64,000 bases of DNA, taken from the sequence record NC_027356.1; one strand, given 5' to 3'. Every line of letters starts with the position of its first letter. Within the stretch, counting starts at the first letter, position 1. Made by a program: the position numbers and the translations under genes. The stretch comes from Escherichia phage DT57C. This document shows positions 8,246 through 16,314 of this stretch, piece after piece. The notes under the pieces are model-generated. The model made no database searches, was not told the DNA's origin, and was given only the letters and a program-made list of their open reading frames with translations.

Positions 8246-10573
8246 AATAGTACAACCGCCTGATGCACAACCGGCTGCTTCTTCACCAGCCCCACCACCA
8301 TTTGCAGTGTTGAAGTTAGCATAATACCAAGTTTTCCACCCGTATTTAACAGCAGTCATGAAATCACGAACTACTACTGGGCCAGGAATAATTTCATTCT
8401 CAAACTTGGTGTAGTCATAGTACATATTCGTACTGATAGACTGACTGAAGAATTTCTGCATAGTTGCTACCCATTTGATCCATTCAATACGATCCACATC
8501 GTAAGCCAGTTTATAGCTCATGAGAGTATCCCAATCAGTTGCACCTGGAGCGATTGCAATTACTTTATTCACTGCACTACCCTTAATAGATACAATCTTA
8601 CGGGGTGGTTCAATAGAGTTAGTAACCCCTAACAGAACGGAAGAACTTTCTCCTGGCATCTGAGCAGTCAGAACAGAGTTACGCATACCGTATTTCAGAA
8701 TATCTGCACGCAGAGATTCCCAATCCATTTCTAGACCTACTGATACCAGCTCATCAACAGTTTTCTTGTACGTGTCGATTACCAGAGTTCCTTTGGATGG
8801 TTTAGTACGATTAAACCATTCACATGCACCTTGCTCTTTGGCTAGACGTACAGAGGCTTTATGCAGGAAGTAAGACAGTTTTTCAGCTTCACGATGAATC
8901 CAGTTACGTGCTTCAACGCCTTCATAAGCCAAACCTTCCGCCGCCATTGCACCTGCTGCGTTCATCAGACCAATACCAACGTTACGACGTTTCTTAGCTG
9001 TATATTCCATAGTTGGGAACGGATAATCCTGAATTTCAATAATTGTATCAACGAATTTCAGGAGGATGTAGCAAGTTTTTTCCCACTCAGCCAGAGATTC
9101 CATGCGTCCAAGTACAACACCACCTAAGTTACACAGAGATACTTCACCAATATCCTCCGGCTTCATTTGATCAAGTTGTTCTTTTGTTTTATACAGCTCT
9201 GTAATGTGGTGGAATGGGCGTGTAGGCTGATTAATTTCAAGGCATAAATTACTCATACGGATTGGATCAAGGAAGTTACCGTGACGATTAGATTCCCCGA
9301 TGTGGTGCGCATACATACGTCCTGTTTCCATTCTGATACGTAGCCAAGTATCTAGGATTTCTTTTGCAGAGACTTTAGGAGCTGCTGGAACTGTTTTTCC
9401 TTCATGGTCGATCTTTGTAAGAGATGCCACACGTTTCTCCGCTGCCACATAGATTTCTTCAAATTTAGCCTCGTCATCACTATAAAACGCTTCATGAACT
9501 TCTGGAGCATAGAAGTATGACATTAGCGTAATATCTTCATTTTTCAGATAACGTTTTAACAAAAGATTATTAAAGTTCAGAGAATAATCCATCTTATCGA
9601 TTTTATTCTCGTCTGTAGCACGTTGCTGCTTAACCTGCATCAATTGGATGATTTCAGGGTCAAAGTAAGGATAGGATACAGTAGCAGAACCACCACGAGT
9701 TTGCTGAGTATTAGCCTTTACTGATCGGTCAATGTGTCGATAATATGGCAGTTTTCCGGAATGCGGGAATGCCCCGTTTCGCACCGGATCAGCAATTGAT
9801 CGGCTTTCAAGATGATACCCGATTCCCGCTCTGGCTGCAACCATTTTGAAGACGATGTGTTCGGCTGTGTCGATTGAATCCAATGTGTCAGTGGAATCAA
9901 CGAGGCAACAACTAGCAAATCCACGGTCACTAGAGCGCAAGCCAACCAATGGCGGCGTAGGAACGTTGATCTTGTGGAGCGACATTGCATTGTAGAGATC
10001 GATTGCATCTAGAATTGTCCAATTAGGTTGAGATAACATCGCCATTGCCATACCCATATAGGCAAATTGCGGGGTTTCGTAAATTTCGCCAGTTGCGATA
10101 TTACGACGGGAATACTTATCAAAGAATTGTTTCAGTCCTCCACTAGTGAAAAGACGGTCGCGATCATGGTCGATAACCTGATTCAGAGCTTCAAATTGCT
10201 CATCGGTAATCCATGCACTCATGTCTTCCCATGCACCTACACTAACCATATGATCGTGGAAGAAGCGTAGGGAAGGTGGTTCGAAGGAATCATAAAGACG
10301 TTTACGCATCTGCGCAAGACGTAATTCCTTTGCGGGCACGTCGTATGCTGGGTTATCTTTGATAAGACTTTCAGCAGCTTTAATTAACGCATCCATCAGA
10401 GTATCGGAATCTACAACCCCTTTAGGTAGAGTTTTTTGAGCAGCCATAGTAATGGCTGACCAACTTACATCAACTGTTTTGCAACCATACTCTGCCCAAC
10501 CATTGAGTTTTTCAGGAGCAAAGTCTTCTACAGTACCGTCACGTTTAATTACTTTTTCAATGCGATGGCTCAT
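8243..10573 (-). CDS. nrdA: ribonucleotide reductase class Ia large subunit
   Basis: ATP-cone start MSHRIEKVIKRDGTVEDF, catalytic core, C-terminal redox Cys tail (GCASGGCTI). ATG at 10573 with AGGA-type RBS preferred over the track's start at 10678. Confidence 0.9.
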   Translation of the reverse strand: MSHRIEKVIKRDGTVEDFAPEKLNGWAEYGCKTVDVSWSAITMAAQKTLPKGVVDSDTLMDALIKAAESLIKDNPAYDVPAKELRLAQMRKRLYDSFEPPSLRFFHDHMVSVGAWEDMSAWITDEQFEALNQVIDHDRDRLFTSGGLKQFFDKYSRRNIATGEIYETPQFAYMGMAMAMLSQPNWTILDAIDLYNAMSLHKINVPTPPLVGLRSSDRGFASCCLVDSTDTLDSIDTAEHIVFKMVAARAGIGYHLESRSIADPVRNGAFPHSGKLPYYRHIDRSVKANTQQTRGGSATVSYPYFDPEIIQLMQVKQQRATDENKIDKMDYSLNFNNLLLKRYLKNEDITLMSYFYAPEVHEAFYSDDEAKFEEIYVAAEKRVASLTKIDHEGKTVPAAPKVSAKEILDTWLRIRMETGRMYAHHIGESNRHGNFLDPIRMSNLCLEINQPTRPFHHITELYKTKEQLDQMKPEDIGEVSLCNLGGVVLGRMESLAEWEKTCYILLKFVDTIIEIQDYPFPTMEYTAKKRRNVGIGLMNAAGAMAAEGLAYEGVEARNWIHREAEKLSYFLHKASVRLAKEQGACEWFNRTKPSKGTLVIDTYKKTVDELVSVGLEMDWESLRADILKYGMRNSVLTAQMPGESSSVLLGVTNSIEPPRKIVSIKGSAVNKVIAIAPGATDWDTLMSYKLAYDVDRIEWIKWVATMQKFFSQSISTNMYYDYTKFENEIIPGPVVVRDFMTAVKYGWKTWYYANFNTANGGGAGEEAAGCASGGCTI

Positions 10574-10654
10574 TTGGTTTTCCTTTTTATGGTTATCAGA
10601 ATTTAGGAAATAGTTTACTTTATTCTCAGTCATTTGGCAAATAAAATTTTCTGA

Positions 10655-10690
10655 TAGAAAAGGCCTGGGTATTTTCATACCCAGGCCTTC
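10655..10690 (-). terminator. rho-independent terminator
   Basis: 12-bp perfect stem aggcctgggtat-tttc-atacccaggcct with U-run on the minus strand. Confidence 0.6.
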
Positions 10691-10717
10691 TGTGTTGTCA
10701 GTCTAGTTTTTGGCCAC

Positions 10718-10915
10718 TTAAGTTCTCAGCAGAATATCTATTGAGGTACTTAGTTCATTATAATTGAAGGGCCGATTTGGATTTGAGGTTACAATTTTCC
10801 ACGCTAGGGTAGTCTTAGGACTATCTTCCCCTTCCTTACGTGTAATCATATTAGCAGCACTCAATGAGGTATGATGAATTTTAGTTTTTCGGCGTAGATG
10901 TACAACGTTTCCCAT
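10718..10915 (-). CDS. small hypothetical protein (65 aa)
   Basis: ORF starting at internal ATG 10915 (GGAAGGTG RBS), 2 nt after the phoH stop; weak. Confidence 0.3.
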   Translation of the reverse strand: MGNVVHLRRKTKIHHTSLSAANMITRKEGEDSPKTTLAWKIVTSNPNRPFNYNELSTSIDILLRT

Positions 10916-10916
10916 A

Positions 10917-11669
10917 CTACACCTTCCCCATGTCTTTAAAAATATCGTAGAATGCTTTAGACTCAGCAGAACGAACGTTATCAATCAATTCGATCATTGA
11001 GAATGGGGCATTTTCATACTTCTCATAAACTTCCATAAGAAGTGCTAGACCTGAGTCACCTTTAATGTCTTTTTGGGCTATATCTCCACAGATAATTAAA
11101 CGGCAGTCTTGTCCTACACGAGTTAGGAGACAAACCATTGCCTCAACGGAAATATTCTGAGCTTCATCGACAATTACATAGGAGTTGTTGAAAGTTCTGC
11201 CACGAGCATGTTCTATAGCCAAAAATTTAATTTTCTGACGTTCGACATATCCCTTATAGGCGTGATCACCGATGGCCCATTTCATACCATCAGCTATTGG
11301 CTCCAACCAAGGCTCTAGCTTTTCTGCTAGATCACCAGGAAGCATACCAAGAGACTTACCTAGAGGTTCATTAGGACGGACGAGAATCACTTGCTCAATA
11401 TCTGAGTGAATGTCTACGAGTTCCTGAGCTGCAAGAACGGACGGAATAAAGGTTTTGCCAGTACCTGGCTCACCGATACCCACAGTCACTGTGTTGTTCT
11501 TGATCATATTGATATATGATTTTTGCTCGCGGTTTTTACCTACTAGGGATTTAGCAACTGGGTTGACGTAATCATTAGAAAAATCAGCCTGAATTACGTT
11601 ACTCTCATATTTGTTGCCACGCTTTCTTGAACCATTGCGGTTCTCTCTTTTTTGACGTGCTTTTCCCAT
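10917..11669 (-). CDS. phoH: PhoH-like ATPase
   Basis: Walker A GIGEPGTGKTF and Walker B VIVDEAQN; ATG at 11669 with GGAG RBS. Confidence 0.85.
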   Translation of the reverse strand: MGKARQKRENRNGSRKRGNKYESNVIQADFSNDYVNPVAKSLVGKNREQKSYINMIKNNTVTVGIGEPGTGKTFIPSVLAAQELVDIHSDIEQVILVRPNEPLGKSLGMLPGDLAEKLEPWLEPIADGMKWAIGDHAYKGYVERQKIKFLAIEHARGRTFNNSYVIVDEAQNISVEAMVCLLTRVGQDCRLIICGDIAQKDIKGDSGLALLMEVYEKYENAPFSMIELIDNVRSAESKAFYDIFKDMGKV

Positions 11670-11744
11670 AAATAACACTCCTATAGTGTACTTTGCTTCT
11701 AACAGAGGATCAACAAAAGATCTTGTTTATCAACTTACAAATAT

Positions 11745-11773
11745 ATTATACCAGTATATACAGTAAAAAGCAA
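11745..11773 (-). promoter_or_regulatory. sigma70-type promoter (TTGCTT, 17 bp, TATAAT) for phoH
   Basis: Minus strand ttgctt-17-tataat in the divergent intergenic region. Confidence 0.5.
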
Positions 11774-11910
11774 CTACAATTTTAAATAAGCCTATGATAT
11801 TGCATTTAAATAAAAAATTTGCTTGCTTATAAAGGTAAAAGTATGATACTAGATAATCATTTATTTATACGCGAAATATTACAGTATTAGATGGCGAAAG
11901 AAAAATTTAA

Positions 11911-11939
11911 TTGACATAGTGGGTAATATTTAGTATAAT
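11911..11939 (+). promoter_or_regulatory. sigma70 consensus promoter (TTGACA, 17 bp, TATAAT) for nrdD
   Basis: ttgaca at 11911-11916 and tataat at 11934-11939, exact consensus. Confidence 0.6.
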
Positions 11940-12073
11940 AAGTGTAAAAATTCTGAGGAGAAAACTAATCCACAGTAACTACTGTAAAGAGTAGAACTGT
12001 CAGTACAGAAGTTTTAACGGGGGTATAGAGGTCCTCGGTACTGTAGCTACAAAATTTATAGAGGAAATAATTA

Positions 12074-13900
12074 ATGACAGAGAATGAATTAATTGAGAAT
12101 TGCAAAGGTCTGCTCACTCTAACTGCGGATAAAGACTTACAACATAATAATGCTAATAAGCCTAGTGAGATGTTCCATACTCAAAGAGACTTATTGGCCG
12201 GAGAAATCAACAAGTATCTAGTATCGCAGGAATTACCCAAACATCTATTAGACGCCCATAATCTAGGTAAGATACACATTCATGATATGGATTACAGAGC
12301 GCAGGGGTACACTAACTGTTGCTTAGTAGACCTTGGTGGCATGCTGAAGAATGGTACTAAAATTGGTAATGCAAATATTGAAACTCCTAAATCCATAACT
12401 ACTGCGTGTGCAATCACTGCTCAGATTATTGCCCAAGTATCTGGTGCTCAGTATGGTGGCACTTCTATTGATCGTATCGATGAGGTTCTAGCACCATATG
12501 TCAGAAAGTCTTACAATAAACACCTGGGTCGTGGTCTACGTTGGCTCAAGGATGAAAGAAAAGCTGCTGTGTACGCTACTGAGCTTACTGAAAAAGAGTG
12601 TTATGATGCATTCCAAGCCCTAGAGTATGAAACTAATTCATTATTTAACTCTAACGGACAGACTCCTTTTGTTACGCTTGGCTTTGGGCTAGGACAGGGG
12701 TGGGAGGAAAGGATGATTCAGAAAGCCATCCTCCAAAACCGTATTAAAGGTTTAGGTGCTGCTGAGTCAACCCCTATCTTCCCTAAACTAGTATTCTCAG
12801 TTAAAGAAGGATTAAATAAAAATCCAGGCGATCCTAACTACGATATAAAACAGCTAGCACTTGAGTGTTCTGCTACCCGTATGTACCCGGACTATTTAAG
12901 TTACGAGAAAGTTGTAGCTGTTACTGGTGATTTTAAAGCCCCTATGGGTTGTCGTAGTTTTTTATCTGCCATCCCCTCTGGAGAAACCGCAGGGCGTAAT
13001 AATTTAGGTGTTGTGTCTATCAATCTACCTATGGTTGCTGCTGAGGCAGATGGAGTTTTTGAAGATTTCTGGGATATTCTAGACAAATATGTGGATGAGG
13101 CTTTTGAAGCGCATGACTTCTTCTTAAACAGACTGAAGAAAGTTAAGGCTAAACAAGCCCCTATTCTTTATATGCACGGTGGTTTTGGTGTGCGTTTAGA
13201 TGGGGAAGAGTATGTATGGCCTATTTTTGAAGGTAGATCTTCTGTATCTCTTGGGTACATTGGGGTCTATGAGATGTGCCAAATAATGTTTAGTCTACCA
13301 CAAACTCATAGGGACTGTATTGAATTTACAGAGGAAGTTCTCACTCACCTAAAAAATCGTTGCGAAGTTAAAGCTAATGAGACTAATCTTGGGTTTAGCT
13401 TGTATGCTACTCCTAGTGAGTCTCTATGTAATCGCTTTAATAAACTACTGGAACGTAGATTCCCAGAGTATTCTTGGTTAACAGATAAAGGCTATCTTAC
13501 TAATAGTCACCATTTGGACGTAAGAGAGAAGGTAGCTCCAGATACTAAATTTGAGTATGAAGCTCATTTCACCAAAATAGCTAATGGTGGTAATATATCA
13601 TTTGTGGAACTACCACAAATGAAAAAGTTCCATAAAGCTCTTGAATACGTAGTAGATAAGGGACTAGAATGTAGCCATTATATTGGTGTTAATATACCGA
13701 TTGATGAGTGCTTCAACTGTGGGTATATGGGTGAATCTGTTGCCTCTGAACGTGGGTTTGTATGTCCGAGTTGTGGATCTGAAGAAATAGAGGTTACACG
13801 TAGGGTTTGCGGGTACCTGGGGTCCCCGGGCAGTAGGCCTTTCAATTCTGGGAAACAAAAAGAAGTGCTTGGTAGAGTAAAACACTTAAATCTTAAGTAA
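12074..13900 (+). CDS. nrdD: anaerobic ribonucleoside-triphosphate reductase (class III)
   Basis: 608 aa; C-terminal glycyl-radical motif RVCGYLG and Zn-ribbon cysteines CFNCGY / CPSCG. Confidence 0.9.
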   Translation: MTENELIENCKGLLTLTADKDLQHNNANKPSEMFHTQRDLLAGEINKYLVSQELPKHLLDAHNLGKIHIHDMDYRAQGYTNCCLVDLGGMLKNGTKIGNANIETPKSITTACAITAQIIAQVSGAQYGGTSIDRIDEVLAPYVRKSYNKHLGRGLRWLKDERKAAVYATELTEKECYDAFQALEYETNSLFNSNGQTPFVTLGFGLGQGWEERMIQKAILQNRIKGLGAAESTPIFPKLVFSVKEGLNKNPGDPNYDIKQLALECSATRMYPDYLSYEKVVAVTGDFKAPMGCRSFLSAIPSGETAGRNNLGVVSINLPMVAAEADGVFEDFWDILDKYVDEAFEAHDFFLNRLKKVKAKQAPILYMHGGFGVRLDGEEYVWPIFEGRSSVSLGYIGVYEMCQIMFSLPQTHRDCIEFTEEVLTHLKNRCEVKANETNLGFSLYATPSESLCNRFNKLLERRFPEYSWLTDKGYLTNSHHLDVREKVAPDTKFEYEAHFTKIANGGNISFVELPQMKKFHKALEYVVDKGLECSHYIGVNIPIDECFNCGYMGESVASERGFVCPSCGSEEIEVTRRVCGYLGSPGSRPFNSGKQKEVLGRVKHLNLK

Positions 13901-13907
13901 GCTAATC

Positions 13908-13942
13908 AGCCAGGTTGCTAGTCGACCTGGCTTTTATTTTAT
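13908..13942 (+). terminator. rho-independent terminator after nrdD
   Basis: Hairpin agccaggt...acctggct followed by ttttatttt. Confidence 0.6.
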
Positions 13943-13971
13943 TTGCTTTCAGCCAAAAATTTATATATAAT
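13943..13971 (+). promoter_or_regulatory. sigma70-type promoter (TTGCTT, 17 bp, TATAAT) with conserved leader
   Basis: ttgctt-17-tataat then aaatttgagaggag RBS leader. Confidence 0.55.
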
Positions 13972-13999
13972 AGATTTGTAAATTTGAGAGGAGAAAGCT

Positions 14000-14212
14000 A
14001 TGAGGATTCATAAGGTAGATAAAGATCGTATCTATTTTGTTATGGACTCCGGAGCATATGGATCTATTCTAAGAGAAGATGTTACTAAATTTTGCTTAGT
14101 AAATACTTGGATGGATAAGGAGAAGATTGACCCTAGATCAGGCATATGCTTATCGGAACCAGCTCTTTTAATTGCAAATGCAGAAATTGAATTGTTTGAG
14201 GACATAGAATGA
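14000..14212 (+). CDS. hypothetical protein (70 aa)
   Basis: ORF with GAGAGGAG RBS. Confidence 0.45.
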   Translation: MRIHKVDKDRIYFVMDSGAYGSILREDVTKFCLVNTWMDKEKIDPRSGICLSEPALLIANAEIELFEDIE

Positions 14213-14439
14213 AAAACGTAAAACACCTTAAATATCGTTTAATCTATAACGGACGTATGGAAACTGAAGAGCTAGCTCAATTAGCTATTAACTCTAATGA
14301 GGTTATGGTGCGTGCGCTAGCAATTGAAAAGTTGCGGGCTTCTTATGAAAGTCATATTATGGAACTAGAGGAGAAACTTTATGGACTTCTCGAAGCCGAA
14401 GCTAGAAGCAATCCAGAGGACAGGCCTACTAAGCAATAG
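14209..14439 (+). CDS. hypothetical protein (76 aa)
   Basis: ORF overlapping the upstream stop (ATGA). Confidence 0.4.
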   Translation: MKNVKHLKYRLIYNGRMETEELAQLAINSNEVMVRALAIEKLRASYESHIMELEEKLYGLLEAEARSNPEDRPTKQ

Positions 14440-14492
14440 AAGGTATGTATATGGGGAGTAATTTTACCTCAAAACATTATCGAAGGATTTAA

Positions 14493-14765
14493 GTGAGGGA
14501 TTGTACAGTGTTTTTGACTGGTAATACCAGTCAAGATATGATTATTGTGGTTGGTTGCTCTAACCAAGTAATTAACTTCTACTGGGAATTATTCCCTGTT
14601 CTTAACCGTACTGCTGCGAAACTTATGGTAGTTAACTACTATGATGTATCAGTATCCAACGGTAGAACTGGAATAAATCTTCAAGATTTAAGAGCTGTTA
14701 GCTATATGCTAGAATTTAGTCCAGATCTTGAAATGTGTAAAGCCCTACAACAATTTAAGGTGTAA
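14493..14765 (+). CDS. hypothetical protein (about 90 aa), start uncertain (GTG)
   Basis: ORF with AAGGA RBS before GTG. Confidence 0.35.
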   Translation: MRDCTVFLTGNTSQDMIIVVGCSNQVINFYWELFPVLNRTAAKLMVVNYYDVSVSNGRTGINLQDLRAVSYMLEFSPDLEMCKALQQFKV

Positions 14766-14767
14766 AT

Positions 14768-15196
14768 ATGTTTAATAATGTATTCTCTAAAGAAGCTAAC
14801 CCAATATTGGTTAATTTTTGGCGTACTCTTCCAGACAACCTGTACAATGAGGCTATTAATGCTCTGAAAATATGGTGTGAGAATAATGAAATCTCCTTTG
14901 CTTTTAAGGGTGAGATTGAAGAAGCTCCCTGTATTGGTTTAATTGTGCAGGTAGAGGATGATCTGGAAGAGATTGTCGGATGGAAAGAGTTGGATGAAAT
15001 GGGATTGGTTTTTGCATTAAACTATAAGCTGTTTATGCCTAATAAACACCGTATTGTTGTTAATTATAAAACCAGTGAATCTCCGGGCTTTCAAGTTAAT
15101 GAACATTACGGTTGGTCTTACTCACCGGAAGAAGTAAATGATGGTATCCAAAGACTTCGTCGTTTTGGTTATCAAATTCCGGGTTTAACCGCCTAA
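14768..15196 (+). CDS. hypothetical protein, paralog of 15206..15598
   Basis: AAGGTG RBS; shares PC-G...W-EL-MGL-ALN-LF-P motif with the next gene. Confidence 0.5.
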   Translation: MFNNVFSKEANPILVNFWRTLPDNLYNEAINALKIWCENNEISFAFKGEIEEAPCIGLIVQVEDDLEEIVGWKELDEMGLVFALNYKLFMPNKHRIVVNYKTSESPGFQVNEHYGWSYSPEEVNDGIQRLRRFGYQIPGLTA

Positions 15197-15205
15197 GGGG
15201 GCACA

Positions 15206-15598
15206 ATGGAACAAGTATATTGGCGTCAGATTGATCCTAGTTTGGTGAAGCGTGCGGAGAAGCTGCTACAACGTTGGTTGGGGGTAAGACAAGCCTCCTT
15301 CACTTTTCCGGAGCAGCAAATAGACGATCCCTGTGTTGGTGTTTTCCTATCAGGCTACGCTAGGGAAGTGGAATTGGATTGGAATGAATTGTCTGCTATG
15401 GGTTTAATTGTTGCACTAAATTTCTCTTTGTTCCATCCACGTGGCTTGGCCATAAGTCGTGTGCCTGATGACGGTTGTTCGCCCCATCTTTTACAGGTGG
15501 AAGATGATATTTGGGAGTACCCTCCAGATATTCTCAAAGAAGCTAAAGAACAATTAAATCGTGTTGGGATTTATGTTCTAGGCCTGAATGATGAATGA
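15206..15598 (+). CDS. hypothetical protein, paralog of 14768..15196
   Basis: GGGGG RBS; shared motif with upstream gene. Confidence 0.5.
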   Translation: MEQVYWRQIDPSLVKRAEKLLQRWLGVRQASFTFPEQQIDDPCVGVFLSGYAREVELDWNELSAMGLIVALNFSLFHPRGLAISRVPDDGCSPHLLQVEDDIWEYPPDILKEAKEQLNRVGIYVLGLNDE

Positions 15599-15621
15599 TT
15601 TTTATTAGCTGAACTCTAATT

Positions 15622-15649
15622 ACCGAGTCATTTTGGCTCGGTTTTCTCT
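15622..15649 (+). terminator. rho-independent terminator
   Basis: Hairpin accgag-tcattttgg-ctcggt followed by tttctct. Confidence 0.5.
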
Positions 15650-15689
15650 ATGTTCAAAGACACTGGTAGCAGCCCCTGGAAAAATTTAC

Positions 15690-15718
15690 TTGCTTGATGC
15701 TCAAAATCTTGATATAAT
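15690..15718 (+). promoter_or_regulatory. sigma70-type promoter (TTGCTT, 17 bp, TATAAT)
   Basis: ttgctt-17-tataat; followed by about 600 nt with no ORF. Confidence 0.55.
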
Positions 15719-16314
15719 ATTTATATTGAATTGAGAGACATTAGTAAAAATTGATTTTGCTAATTTTTCTTAGTGAAGCTGACAAGGGATTTACGGCGAG
15801 AGGAATCGATGACCCGTAAATAGCTGCATAAGGTACGTTGCTAGAGCTTTACGAAAAAGTTTTTTCTTGTTTACAATCCGCGATACGGAACAGTTAGGCT
15901 GCCCCATTAAGGGTTGTTTTAACTGTTACGTGTTAGTTTTTAAACAAATAGTTAATAGAATACTTAGCGATCTACACCCCGTAGGAACCCTGGTAAGGCC
16001 TCGAAGCAACCTAGTGTGAGGTGGTTGTGAAGTGAGACGGGAAGAGTGAAAAACTCTGAGAAGTGATGACGTAAGGTATACTGCATCTAGTATGAGCTAG
16101 TACATGAAGCATTAGGTGAGCAAATCTGGCTTAGCGGCCATCCTCAAGGATTTGTGCGGTATAGTGAAGCGGCAGTGTAGCGTGAAAGTGGAAGTTGCCA
16201 CCCCACTTCAGTATTTGCGATTAATTTGTTGAGAAATTGACAGTAACAGTTGTTCTATTCTTTCTGAATAGTCCTAAAGAAAACTTATTTCATTTCCAAC
16301 ACAGGAGTATTGTT

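Noticed and set aside
15600-16314. tRNA genes or a group I intron in the ORF-free region
   Set aside because: No GTTCRANYC T-loop-like segment or acceptor-stem pattern was visible, and the flanking ORFs are not two halves of one gene. This is unverified without tRNAscan/Infernal, so the region is kept as a finding but not called a tRNA or intron.
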